Assembly (NCBI GenBank): GCA_964035545.1
Contig: OZ037768.1
Location: 17,343,875 to 17,407,874 of the forward strand
DNA: 64,000 bases
Direction of reading: 5' to 3'
Source of the DNA: Bugula neritina
Taxonomy: Eukaryota > Animalia > Bryozoa
The notes beneath the pieces were generated by a model. The model worked only from the letters and a program-made list of their open reading frames with translations, was not told the DNA's origin and ran no database searches. The position numbers and the translations under genes were made by a program. Positions 1 to 20,900 of this stretch are shown here, one piece after another. Numbering within the stretch: position 1 is the first letter of the stretch; each line of letters starts with the position of its first letter.

Positions 1-7264
<7,264 letters not shown>

Positions 7265-8990
7265 TTACCTTTTGCATCTCTGATAACAAGTTATCAACTT
7301 GATTATATAATAAAAAGCTTAGAACCTGTCAAAAGATTAAGAGAAGTTTTTTTTCCAAATAATCATTAATTTTAGCCTACAGTGTTCTAAGAAAAAAATA
7401 CAAGCAGAGTTCTATATCAGAATAAAAGTATCAGTAGCAGCATCAGGTTAAACTTTAAATTGCAATTTTTTTTAATAAAAAAACTCAATACTGGCATTTT
7501 AAATTGTTTTTGTAGACCATTCTCAAGCTTTTCCAAATACCAAATGCTGCTGTCAGCATTTCATTAAAATTCCATACCGGATCAACTACAGAAATTAATA
7601 TATTGTATAGTTGAAAACTATGAAAATGAATGAATTGATTACTAGTATATTGTCAGCTTGTTACAACTTATGAAAATTGAACTTCAATAAAGCATATATT
7701 AGTAAAATGAACAGAGTCAATCAGATTTTACATTTCAAAAAATTTTGTTTTTGAACGACTTTGTGGTGTTGTATTATTACAATTTGCCCTACCCTATGCT
7801 CAATCATTATAATTGTAAGAAATATAATAATAGTCCCTATGATTTACAACTTTCCAATTATGCATTTTGGTATTTTTTTTGTTTTTGATATTCCTCATCA
7901 CTCTAAATATTGCTCTATAGTATAGCTTTTGATAAAATTCAGTTTGGCAAGCAAATTGATCATGATATTTTGAAAAAAACAAAGTCGAACATATGTGCTG
8001 AGGCAGAGTATTTTCTCAAACAATCGTAGATGGCTTATCTTATTGCTTTTACCTTGTTACTTTAGACAATAAGATGCAAACAGTCATCATCCAATGTTGA
8101 CTGCTAAAAACAATAAATCTGCTACTGATGTGTTGCTGGACTTGCTAAGACTTTGCTTACAACATAACTGTTGAAATTATGTTTTCAAATTTATATTATT
8201 TTCCTGAGTGCCGAAATTAATTATACAGTTTACACTATGGTGCGCCATTCAGCAAACCTATTAGAGTTAGCAGCTTTGACGAACTTTAGAATTTTTATAA
8301 ATACAAATTGTTGAATTTAGAATCTAATTTTTAATTTCTTTTTCAATTTCTTATTGCTGAAACAAATACATTCTTTAAAATGGATACAAGCATAGTTAAA
8401 ATACATTGTGTTTTTTTAACAAAATTGTAACAGATTAACCAAAATGTTTGCTTTTATGCTAGCACCAAAAGATTTCAATTTATAAACGATCCATTAGTAT
8501 TCAAGTGACAGTTTGTTTTAGATTATCTGTGTCTCAAACTTTGTACAAACTACAGTTTTACCAAATCATCAACAACCAAGTTGAATGTGTACTTGCATGT
8601 GAGAGAATGAATGGTTTTTGATGTTGATTTTTCTTGTTAGAATGCTGAGAAGTGTCGAAAGTGTTTAATTCAAATTATTAATCAAATCAAATTCCTAATA
8701 TTAACGGGTTTGCTGAATTACTAATTGGTTATGAATAAAATTAATTGCAAGTCAACAGTTTGAGCAAAATATCTTACGCTGAGTGAGAACACATCCCAAT
8801 ATTTACTAAGTAAATTTTTTATTCCCGCACGTTTTGCTCGCCTTAAATCTATTTGCCTGCGAGCTTATCTTTATCTTATATAGTTTTGAGTTTGTCGACT
8901 ATTAACTTGTAATTAGAATAAGTTTATAATAATATAATTATAATTATGTAGTGATGTTATTAATAACTATAAGATTAAATTTATCACTTA

Positions 8991-9028
<38 letters not shown>

Positions 9029-9031
<3 letters not shown>

Positions 9032-9484
9032 GACCTCAAAGGAAAAATGGCATATGTCCAATTTTGCGAATTTTCACAAATTGAAAATTAAAATTTGGAA
9101 ACTTGCAACTGCTATCGATATGAATCAATTCTAACCAAATTTGATATTATGGTTTTTGAACATGTTTCAAACAACTAGACAAAAAGAAATTTGACCAAGT
9201 TTACATAAATACACAATTTGCTAGTCTAAAAATATTTCACATGCGCACCGTCATTGGTCAATTGTTATCACATGACTGGACATAAGTTATTTTTCTTTTG
9301 TGATGACTGGACATAGGTCTTTGTTGCTTTGAGGTGGGTTTCAAATCCAGCCTTAAAACCATGGACAAAATTTGTTTTTCTCTTTGATAATTTTATGACT
9401 AAAACTTTAATACTTGAGCTATCCAAGGGAAGAAAAATCTCATTTTTTTTGAAAATGGACAAATGTCGTTTTTCTTTTGAGGTC

Positions 9485-9487
<3 letters not shown>
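9029..9487. mobile_element. Non-autonomous TIR DNA transposon (MITE) inserted in (TA)n, possibly Sola1-type
   Basis: ~32-bp imperfect TIRs: gaagacctcaaaggaaaaatggcatatgtcca versus the reverse complement of tggacaaatgtcgtttttcttttgaggtcttc. Both flanks are (AT)n, consistent with an ATAT (AWWT) TSD. Confidence 0.8.
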
Positions 9488-9560
<73 letters not shown>

Positions 9561-9616
9561 AACTCATGCACACGCATATGCATATAAACTCACGCAATTA
9601 CGCAAGTTTATGGTCA

Positions 9617-9740
9617 CCATCCCTGTGAGGAAACCATTGATGGAAGGAGTTTTTGTTAAATCGGCTAAGAACTTATTCAGATGGGGTACAGGAGCAATTA
9701 TGACTGGATGCTCTTCCATCCAATGGTCTTTGCCGGGCTA
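9617..9740 (-). mobile_element. SINE family A, 3' portion
   Basis: ccatccctgtg...ggctaagaacttattcagatggggtacaggagcaattatgactggatg is nearly identical to 23157-23240. Confidence 0.75.
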
Positions 9741-9789
9741 TGTGGTACCTGAACTTCATCACTGATTGTAGTATCCCTCCTAGATATTT

Positions 9790-10560
9790 GCAGTAATCTG
9801 TGTGCTCTAGTAGAGTATTATTTATTGTATACTGTGGGACTGTGCTCTGAGACTAGAAAGCAACTATCTTACACTTTTTGGCATTAAAACACATCTCTGC
9901 CCACATATTTAGTGAACCAAGGTTGGCTTAGAAATTTATCTCGTCAGTTGGGCTGGTAACAATTTGGTACATCAGGGTATTATCGGCAAAGAGGCCAACA
10001 AAGCAGTCGACATGGCTTGGGAGATCGTTGATATACACTGGAAATAATACAGGGCCCAGCACTGAGCCTTGTGGGACTCCAGAAATTCATGGGAAGTAAA
10101 TTAGATTTGGCACCATCCAGCACCACTGTTTGAGACCTGTTACATAAGAAGTAATAAATGATAAATCCAGTCGAGCAGGTAACCGTATATTTCAGCGATG
10201 CTTGACAGTTTTTGTATTAGCAATGTGTGAGGTAATCTATCAAAGGCCTTTGACAGGTCTAGAAGTGCAGCGTGTAGTTAGATTTCTTATCCGTTGCTCT
10301 TATTATAATCCATGTAAGGTAGCACAGATCCGGGTTTCACATGAGAGCCCTTTTCTAAAACCATGTTGTCAATTGTGAAGCCAATTGTAAACTTTTTCCA
10401 ATATATTTCTGAGCACTATGTGTTCCAGTAGCTTGCAGGGGATACTAGTTAGACTGTTAGGGAGATTGGTTGGTGGTTGTTGGCATCTGTCTACGCCCGA
10501 CTTGTGGATGGGAGAAATATGGGCAGTTTTCCACTTGGCTGGCAGTTTCCCAAGTTTGAA
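9790..10560 (-). pseudogene. Decayed LINE reverse transcriptase fragment
   Basis: The minus strand gives frameshifted RT motifs: PISLTSIPCKLLEH (~10410-10470), QHGFRKGLSCET (~10330-10370), SGVPQGSVLGP (~10050-10083) and FADNT (~9978-9992). Confidence 0.85.
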
Positions 10561-10621
10561 TTCGAGTGATTTGTTATTAATTTTAGAATTGATCTCAAAT
10601 TATCTAATTTAAATTATCATT

Positions 10622-13600
10622 TTGATCTTGATCTTGATTGGGTCAAGTCCCAAGACCTCTCGAAGAGAGTAATTGTGGGACCCTCGGATCTATCCAGGCT
10701 CAGAAATCCGCTACTATCTCCCCCATACGGAGCTCCCGGACAGTGCGCAACAGGAAACCCTGCAGGTACAGGCTCGAATCGCAGGCTATAGCATTGAAAG
10801 TGTTAATACGGGTATTCATGTTATGGGTTGAGGATTTCATAGATTTAAGTGTGTAATTTAAGGTTGGAAATAAATCATTATTTGCAGCAATATGACACAA
10901 CAAAGAAATTCTCTGTGACTGTCTGCGCTTTCTTAATGTTTCTAGTCCTAGGTCAATTTTGGCATCTGTTACCGATACCTCTCTACCCTTTAAATTTTTA
11001 ATGAACCGTACAGCCCTATTTTGGGTAACTTCTAATTTTGTTATTAGATGTTTATTGCATGGGTCCCATACTTCAGCAGCATATTCTAGGAGAGGTCTAC
11101 AAAGAGTTTTATACGCAAGAATTTTAACATTTTCTGGGGCATTTCCTAGTGTGAGCTTGATTAAACCTAGTACTCTGTATGCCTTTGATATGATATTTTC
11201 GACATGCTTATTCCATTTCAAATCTGCTGATAGCAATATTCCAAGGTATTTTACAACTCCAACTCTATTCAGGGGATCTTCTCCTAATTTATAAGTGAAG
11301 ACATTTCCCATATTTTCTGTTTTCTTACCAAAAGTGATGACATTACTTTTCTTTGAGTTGAACTTCATATTGTTTTCTTTTGCCCACCTATAAAGTCTAG
11401 AAAGATTTCCCTGTAGTTTATGATGATCATTTGGATCAGTAATGGGTAGATAAACAAGAGTGTCATCAGCAAAAAGCCTGATTGTACTATGTGTAACACA
11501 GTTTACAATGTCATTAATAAACAAAACGAATAATGTTGGACCCAGCACACTTCCTTGTGGAACCCCGAAAGTCACTGGTGCTAAGTCCGAAGACACCCTG
11601 TCAATGACCACTCGCTGTGAGCGTCCAGTTAAGAATGATGAAACCCATCGAATAATGCAGGGATTTATTTTTAACAATATCAATTTCTTTACAAGAATAT
11701 GATGGTCAATTACATCAAAGGCTTTAGAAAAATCTAGCACAACTGCATCTACAAAATGTCCTTTATCTATATGCCTTAATATATCGTGGTTGACAGTAGC
11801 AAGCTGAGTAACACATGAAAAGTTGCGGCGAAAACCATGTTGGTTTTCATGTATCAAATTTTCCAATTGTGTGTTTAAATGATGCAGAACTACATGTTCA
11901 AGAATTTTACAGCAAATGCACGTTAATGATACTGGACGATAGTTGGAAGCTAGAGTGCGGTTGCCCTGTTTAAACACAGGTGTTACATTTGCAGTCTTCC
12001 AGTCATCTGGCACTATTCCTGTATTGAGTGAATGATTGAAAATACACACCAGTATTTCTGCTGTTCGATCTAAGTCTACTGTGAGATAGTTCTTTGTGAA
12101 TCCATCTACTCCAGGAGCTTTACCTTGTACAAGTTGTCTCAGCAGGTTCACAACTCCTTCTTTAGTTACCACTATATTATCTTTCTCAGTGACTGATGGT
12201 AATTCTGGTAGAGGTGATGGAGTGGTAAATACACTGTAGAAGAAACCATTCAGAGTGTTAGATATCTTAGTTTTATCATACGTCAAGATACCATCGTTGT
12301 TTTCTATGGAAGTAATCTCATTATCATTCCCTTTTAGATCTTTAACATATTTGTAAAACGGTTTTGTGTAGCCACTGGAAAGAGGTTGGTATAGACGATT
12401 CACCAGAAAAGATGCTTTTAGTTTTTTGAATAATTTTTTATTATGGCGACGTAATTCTTTATATTTAGCCAAGTGATCAGCATCACCAGTCGTTTGAAAG
12501 CGGTTGTAAAACTTTCGCTGTTTCTTACATGCCCGTCTGGCTTCATCATTAAACCAGAGAGGCTCATGTAGATTTCTAGGCTTACGTTGTTTAGTTGGGA
12601 CATATGAATCAACAAGTCTATGTAATTCAGTCTTAAATGTATTCCATATAACATTAATATCATATTTCAACATCACTTTGTTTTTAATAGTATGAAGCAA
12701 CTCATCTAGACCAGTTGTAAACCCGCCGAGTTCGATTTTGTGAAATAGCTTGATTGGGGGGATAGATGGTTTCTTTTTCTGTTCTACTTTACCAGTCAAG
12801 ACCGTTTCTATCATGAAATGGTCGCTAATACCCGGTGTTATTACATTTGTGCTTTGAACTTTATATGACAAGTCAGTACAGATGAGATCTAATATATTGC
12901 CTGCTATGTGCGTAGATTTATGAACAAGTTGTTCCAAATTATTATCATTTAGAAAATTACAAGTCAGTATAGTATGTCCTCCAACAAGTTGAAAGGCCAG
13001 TATCTTCCCAATTGATTCTTGGAAGGTTAAAATCACCGGTTATGAGTTTTCTATTTGTTGGGTATTTAGTGTGAATATTTTTCATGTACTCAAAGAATGA
13101 GTTCATGTCACGTGAAGAAGGGGGTCTATAATAGCAAGTAAGATTGCAATATTCCTTGCTATCCAGTCTAAAACATACTGTGATTGCTTCTGCTTCTGTT
13201 TCACACCTGATTAGCTTATGGGGAATTTCTACATTTATGGCAATCAATACACCACCTCCGTGCGAATCACGATCTTTTCTATATACTACTTTGTCTTTGG
13301 GAGAAAACAATTGAGAATTCAAAAATGCATTATCTAGGTGTGTTTCAGTAATACAAATGATATCGTATTCAACGGAGAGGGTTTGAATCTCCAATATTTT
13401 CCCCCTTATTGATCTCGCATTTACTGTTAATATTCTCCGATTATCATGTGTTACTGTCTTACTTTTATTATCTTCCCGTTTGTTATCTTGTACTTGTTTT
13501 CTGGATTTTTCTGCCTCAATTCCCTCAGCTCGCTTCTCAGTTGAAAATCCTTTTCTTGTCCCTCTTTATTCAAGTCAAGACGAGCAAAGACTCCTTCTAT

Positions 13601-13720
13601 TTTCTGAGCGTTGATGCGTTTTAGAAATTCCCATTTTTGAACTTCTGAAGCTAGTGTTAGTCTCATGGGTCTAATCTTGTCAACTTTTTTTTGTCCTAAT
13701 CTTGTGGCATTATCTCTTGA
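10622..13720 (-). mobile_element. Non-LTR retrotransposon (CR1/L2-group-like LINE), 5'-truncated: ORF1 C-terminus + APE + RT
   Basis: ORF1 tail at 13451-13700. APE endonuclease motifs ILTVNARSI, ICITETHL, DRDSHGGGVLI and YYRPP, ITGDFNLP at 12957-13440. A frameshift lies near 12960-13030. The RT ORF 10700-13036 has NYRPVSLT, QHGFRR, LDFSKAFD, GVPQGSVLGP, LFADD and KYLG. A short 3' UTR ends in (CAAGAT)n-like repeats at ~10622-10640. Confidence 0.95.
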
Positions 13721-13739
13721 TGCGTGAATTTAATTGTTA

Positions 13740-15720
13740 TTTATTTATATTATAATTAATATTTATCAGTTATTAATTAAATTTTATTACCACTGTGACT
13801 GTCATTACGACTATCATAATCAATTAATGAATTTATTATAATTAGAAATAAGTTTAATTTCATTAAAAACTATTTATTAGTATTACTATAACTATTACTA
13901 TTAGTATTACACTCAGTTTGAGTTACTAACTGGCTTACATTTGGTCTAATTCCACGTTAGAGTTAGGCTCTTAGACTGAGTTAGTCTTGCAGTTACACTG
14001 CTGCAGTAAGTCATAAGTGTAACAGTTGTGAGTTAATTTTTACTAAAAATTAAAAGTTAACTTTTACTTTAAACTTATAATTATTCATTATTGATTCTTT
14101 AACTTCAACTTTAAGTTTTATATAAACAACTTCAATTAAGTTAACAATTATCTCAGAATAAGAATCAGAATCAGTTACTGTTACTGTTAGTACTACTAAC
14201 AGTAACAGTAACTCTAACTTAGTAAGTAAAAGTTAGTAGTGTTACTGTTAGTGTTACACTTACAAGTTACAATGTTAGCAATTAGCTAAAAAATGAAAAT
14301 CGCTCCCAGCTTTTTCTTAAATGTCGAATTAATTACAATATCAGAATGAGTGATGTCATTATTATAGTTATATTAAATTTAATAATAATATTAATATATA
14401 TTTTATTTTTACATTTGATGAAAAATCGGTAATTCCCCCAAGGTAATTCCTTAGAAAGTAAAAAGTTCTAACCGCTAATTCACGGACTCGCGATTTGAGC
14501 TACATTGGCCAATATCATCGGCTTTATATTACGGCCTAATTGCGTTTATAGAGTTATTTTCGTGATGATGATAGAAATTCAGATAACCGTCTAAGTCTAT
14601 AACCTTACAAACTTAAACTAACTTCAACTTCCATTCCGTTCTAGTTTCTACGCTCATAAAAGTTCATTCTTACCCTACTAGTTAGTGTTATTGTTATAAT
14701 TTAAACTTGAAGTTAAAGTTATTCAGTACACACTGATACTACGCCTCCCGGACTTTTGCGTCTAATGTAAGTGTATATTAATATTGTATAATAATATTAA
14801 TGATAATAAATAAATAATAAATAATAATACTACAGTAATAGTAATACTAATAGTAATAGTATGAATATGATTACTAATGCCAATGGCAATGCTAAGCCTA
14901 ATGCTATGGTTATTGATAGTGATACTCTAAGTCTAACTGATGGTCATTACATATTGATGATGATTTTGATATTTTATTATTTATATTCAATATTGATATT
15001 GCCTGTTGCCAATTGGCATTCATTTTGTTTTTATTTTTCATAGTAATACTCATACTCATACTGATACTGATACTCATACTCATAGTCATGGTCACACTCT
15101 GATACTGATAGTGATACTGATACTCAATCTCATACTGATAGGCTACTGATAGTGATACTCATACTCATACTCATAGATGATAGTCTTACACTATCATACT
15201 AATACTAATAGTGATACTGAGTCTGATAGTGATACTCATACTGATGATCGTCACAAACTGATAGTAAGTAATACTCAGAGTCAGTGACACTGACAGTCTC
15301 ATGCTGATAGTGACACTGACTGTGATGCTGATGCGGATACTGATAGTGAGAGTCATAACATTAACTCATGAGTGATAAGTCAAAACTCATGCGATGGCTG
15401 ATTCTGAAAGTTGAGTAAAAGTTGAAATAGACAAGGTTAAAATAATTGTAATCATGTTCATATTGATATTGTATTTGTTATAATATGAATATTAATTATA
15501 ATTTCCTAATTTTCAAATTGAGACTAATAATAAGTATCATAGTATGACTATGAGATTTGTTCAATCATAGTGGTCCTAATGCTGATAGTAATAGTCGTAC
15601 TCATGCTGTCAGTGTCACCGTGATAGTGTCAGTGTTAATATGAAAACAGAGAGGAAATTATCAATAGCAACAGTTAACAAACGATATGAATATCAAATTC
15701 AATATGAACACAGAACACGA
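13740..15720. repeat. Hexamer-periodic low-complexity field (5-bp direct repeat + single C/G) around the USP40/KIAA0319-like divergent promoter
   Basis: Examples: taata-g-taata-c-taata-g-taata-g (14836-14859), atact-c-atact-c-atact-g-atact-g-atact-c-atact-c-atagt-c (15046-15087) and caatg-g-caatg-c (14881-14892). Confidence 0.85.
14470..14660. promoter_or_regulatory. Candidate bidirectional promoter core
   Basis: A CpG-rich, non-periodic island lies between divergent genes. It contains a palindromic double CCAAT box ATTGGCCAAT (14504-14513) and TCGCGA (14488-14493). Confidence 0.4.
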
Positions 15721-17958
15721 TGATTATATTATTCCAACCTTTTAAGTTTGGGCTAGGCATTTCGTTTTCTCTCAAACTAAAGTTTTAACTATTGTTCAAG
15801 TTAGTTACAGGGTCACTGTGAGTTTCAGGTTGTCTTTTACTTTTACCATAACTAAAAACATATGTAATACTAATACTATTAGTTATAATAATAGTAATTT
15901 CTTGTTATGTGATTGTATAAGTATAAACTTGAACATAACATTATTGATTAAACTTAATTTGTATAGAATAAACTATTTTTTCACAGCTTTTCAGTGATTT
16001 ATGCTCGAACTAAAAATTAAGATGACATTAGTGCTGAAATTGTTGTATTATATTAAATATTATTGTAATGGTGAATGCTACATTGATGAGGAGTTTCCCA
16101 CTTATTTATTAAATGGAAAGTGTTTTTTTTTCTCAAAATAAAAATCACTACTGGCAAATTTCGTAGCCCAATTGTATGATAACTCGATTACTCATTTGCC
16201 GAGAGTTGATAATAAGTTTTTTGCTCTAAAGTTTCTCCTTTCACTGCAGTCGTTTAGGAATATAGGTGTGTGCTGAGATGTTGATACTCACCACGATTTT
16301 GAATTGACACCTTCGAGTAAGACATATCATTACCATGTTAGTGAAAACAGTTGATATTTAAATCTATAATTGTTCAGGTATTTCTAAACACTTGTAAAAA
16401 TCCAATATAGGATAATTTTGCACAGATACTTTTTTATCTTGGGGAAATATAAAATTTAAATAATGAAAAATTTGATAGTTTTATCAAGTTACAATGTTTT
16501 GGAATGCTAAGAAACTTAGCCTTCAACATACGAAAATGTGAACAGTAAGCATCATGTTTTTATTGTGTAAATTTGCTGTACATATTCCTTTTGCTGCATG
16601 CTAATGCAAGTAATGCAGCTGTGTTTTTGAGTTGGTCATAATTTGGATCGTATTATCATGTGTAGAAGCTAATTCAGACCCTTCAGTAACGCCAGACTTA
16701 GTTTTTTATCATACATTCTATACCCATGTTTACAATGTGAAGTAGTGTCTATATTTTTAGCAATCTGTAGTAAATATTTAGTACCAGAGCAGAAAATGCT
16801 TGCCTATACTCACGAGCCTCCTAAGCTCTAGTTTTTTTATTGCCCCAAGCAGTAGCTCATGTAATCTAAATAAGAGTTGATAACTATAATAAAAGCTATA
16901 ATTACTAAATTAAGAACCTAATTAGGTGAGATATGTCTAATTTATTCAACTAAGATCTACTCTGTTAATCAGTATAATTATCAGCTGTTATTGTAAAAGA
17001 GGAGACCAAACTATTTTCTTTTATAAGTTGAGTATTACACCAACTTGTAGTTATTTAATTGAAGTTGCAGATAGATAATCCTAGAAATATTACCTTCAAG
17101 TTGTTTATCTTGTAATTATTCAAATAATTCGTCCTTTACTAACATACATATATTTTCAAGTATATTTCTCCATTATTTTATTCAGTTTATTTTAACCTTT
17201 AATTTACTCTTTCATAGCCTAAGCCCTCCAGTACATGGGCGTTATCACATTTAAGTTATCTTACTCTGTGTTTGTCTTGCATTTAAATGTTTTAGGTTTA
17301 CTGGTCATTAGACTATTTGGTCGAACTATGTTGGTGGCACTCAAATTGAAGGTGTAACTGTTTTAGTCTTTTGGGATACACTATCAGCATATATCATCAG
17401 TGAATATGCTACTTCACTGCATAATAGTAATAGTTGGACTTGTCTTGGGTAAGTAGTATTAGCAGCTGTGTAGAATACAGTCTCTAGCACACTTACTTAC
17501 AGTGTGAACCTCTTGAAAATACCTGTATCTGTGGTGAGAGTTTGCACACCTGTAACGTTGCTATACTGGACTGCAGAGGGCATAAAAAATGACTATTCAC
17601 TTTGTCTTTTCACCATATGGCATCAGTAAACAACTGACAATTGTTGAATTTTAAAGTATAAGTTTGAATTTGTGCATGCTACTAAACACTTTTAAATAAT
17701 TTCTACTAGTGGCTATTTATAGTTTGTACAAATCAATTATTGATGCTCCATAAGACTTGTTACTGCACATGAATGCAACTTATACAGTCTAATTTGAGTT
17801 TCCCTGTCATTATAGCAAACTAATGTTACTGAAAAGTGGTAATTAATTTGATTAATGACATAATTCATGGAAATAAACTATCTCAAATAATATAATTAAT
17901 TTTAGAAAGAATCATTAACAGTATTTATTGTATATCATATCTTGTATATATTATCCAG

Positions 17959-20900
17959 GTGCTACTGAAGGGGACATATGTATAAGCACTACCACCTCAG
18001 CCTTGGAGAGTCACGTGAGCTCAAACTATCCACCCAAGGCGTCAACTGAAGCTGGAAATTTTACTCAAATAAATGGCAAGACTTATTTCCTCACATCATT
18101 TGTGTCACGTCTGTTTGTTTCAAGTCTTCAGCCGTTTGAGTGAGGACTGAGGGCTGCCTCTCACTATTCTGGTGACATGGCTTGAGGTCTTTCAAAGATG
18201 CTTTTCCCAATAGCCCTGTTGGGATTTGAACCCATTACTTTGTGCTTACTTGACCAGCTGCTCCCTTTGTCTAGTGTACATGCAGTAAGGAATGACATTG
18301 TAACCCAGTTTCTTCACTGAAAAATATATTGTTAAATTTTTTTCTTTAGGTGTAGAGAACTTTAGTGAGTGTGTGAAGGCATGCTGTGATGACCCAACAT
18401 GCAATGCTGCTTTCTTCTCCAAAAGTAAATGTTTGAACATAGAGTGTGTAACTGATGACGGTTGCTCGCCGGACCATGGCAAGACACTCCCAAAGGCAAT
18501 CCTTGTCAATGTGCGAACAGTTGGTATGTTGTAACTAGATTGTTGTAATATGCTGCATGCCACGTCTCTGTGTTGGATGAGATGCAACTGAAACTGCATG
18601 TTTGTTTTATAACTACCAGCATGTTTTAAAATATTATAAATTCAATAAATGGGAAATGTGCTCATCTACACAAAACCGCTTGATAATCACAGCCTTCATG
18701 AACACAAGCCAATGTAGGTTATTTAGCTAATTTCTGACTTTATTTAAATAAACTATAGCAACTAGGCAGGTTTTTTGCTTTATTCTTCACTGGTGTCTCA
18801 TGTTATTGTGTTTTCAAATTACACCACATCATTCCACACCAAACTGACACCTGTCAAGATAATGTCCCTATATAACAACCTGTTCACTAGCTTATGTTTT
18901 TGCGAAGTCACTGTATGTGAGAGTTGGGACTGCTCTGCAGCCACAGCCTGTCTGCATACGATAAATGTGTAGGCTATAGCTTAACGTGAAGGCTTTGCTA
19001 CTGACTATTAACACACCTCTACTATAGTACTTGGCAGTTTTGATAAAATTACTGTTTATGCATTTTATATTTTCATTTTGTGCTCTGTACTATGTTTTTG
19101 CTAGATTAGGATTTATGTTTCAATTCATGTTGTTTAATAGACGCACTCTACTTTAAACATTGCCATAATAAAATATATGTTAGAGTTACGTTGTTACTCT
19201 CAGTATTTACTATTAAATACATGGTGCAATATGTAGCTCTGCTTACATTAGAAAAATCATCCACTCTGTTCTGCTTGTTTTGATTGCAATTATTATACAG
19301 TAAGCCCTGCAACATTGCAGTTACATTCTCGAACTTAGTTTCCCTTACTTAGTTCTGTTAGTAGAACTGCTAGTTTGGGATTGTGGGATATGGGTAAAAG
19401 CCAATAAGTTGTCTGCAACTTGTCCTCTAGTGTAATATACTGTGTGACTGTACATCTACTTTCTACTTCAGCTGAAACCGCAGCCCTGCATACACCACAA
19501 AGTGTCAGTGCAGATAAGCCCACAGTTGCGCCCCCTAGTGTCCAACCTCTGAAGAATGTAACTTGCGAGTTTGGTTTACACGAATGTGGTGAGAATGAAG
19601 AGTGCAAAGTGGCGGAGGAGGAAACTCGAAGGGCTAACGGCATCTGCGTGTGCCAAGAGAGTTATTCCAGAGACTCGTCTGGAAAGTGTGTGCAGCATGA
19701 CGCCGGTATGAGTGTTACGTTACCGTGTATATTAGATCAATTTCATAGACATTTGCAGCCAGTTGTATATACTTGTAAAGATGACTTTTATATGTATATT
19801 TATATGTTATAATTGTTTTATTTACACTGCATTTTAAAATACAAAAATAAATTATAATATGTGTATATTCTATTAGCTAAACTTTGAACAGTGTGGTGCC
19901 GATTGCATGATTCATATTATAGTTATCTAAGCCTTATCTTTGTCTTTGATTATCAAATAAGACTAAAGGTTTGTTGGTCACATGATGTTTGTATGGCACT
20001 AGTTATATACTGGTTAAACTGACACGATTCTTGCCTCAGGCATTAATCAAGGAATAAAATATACTTTGTAATGTGACAATCTAAACATGTCTCTAATAGT
20101 AATTATGATGCCAGTGACACAAATTTAATTGATATGCTGACTTTTTTCAAATGGTAATTGACTTATTGCTCCATCTTGTATTGTAATGTTGTACAAGATG
20201 GGAATTTGTTACGTATAGTGTAGAGTGTGAACTGTTTAGGGTAGCAGTGGAGTATTATGGCCATGCCTTTAAATACAACTTCTAACTCTCATTCATTTCC
20301 ATCTTCAATCAGAGCACATTCGAAACTATATAGAAAGCAGCATTTTTTTGAAAATATGTGACAACTGAACCTACTATTTAATTGATTTGTTTATTTTTTA
20401 AATAATATCTAATTTTATATCTGCAGTTACATTGACTTCTGCTGAAAAGAAGAGTTCTGTTGTACCAACACAGTTGCCTGCACACACCACTACTGCCAAA
20501 AGTCCTCCTACAACACCGAGTGTGTAACATTATCCCATTTTTTGAATAATTTCAATTAGTTTTATTTCACTGTAGAACTAATGATAGTTGAGCTAATAGA
20601 TATCGCATGAATGCATAGCCTAGTTACATGGAAATGCTTGATGGCGATATTCTACAAATAAAGTCCTTCTTATTTTCATTTTGAAGTTAAACTAGTGTAG
20701 TTAGCTAACTTTAATGCTTTCTAGATTTTCATGGTCCTATGTATGCAGTGCTGTGAGCTCTAATTACATAGTGTATATATTGTAGAGCCTAAAGTTATAC
20801 CTTTAGCTGTATCGGCGGGTGATAGTAAGATACTGGAGTACCCTGAAGACTCTACAAAGCTTTCGGCATATGTTATTCCAGAGCCTCAACCAGGTGAGTT

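Noticed and set aside
13440-13568. Possible -1 ribosomal frameshift between LINE ORF1 and the AUG-less ORF2 frame (GGATTTT on the minus strand at 13544-13550)
   Set aside because: A single-base deletion after the ATG that follows the ORF1 stop explains the frame equally well, and this copy has another frameshift. The family consensus is needed.
14861-15095. Short ORFs such as MTMTMSMSISIS
   Set aside because: They are by-products of the hexamer-periodic scar field and have no splice or homology support.
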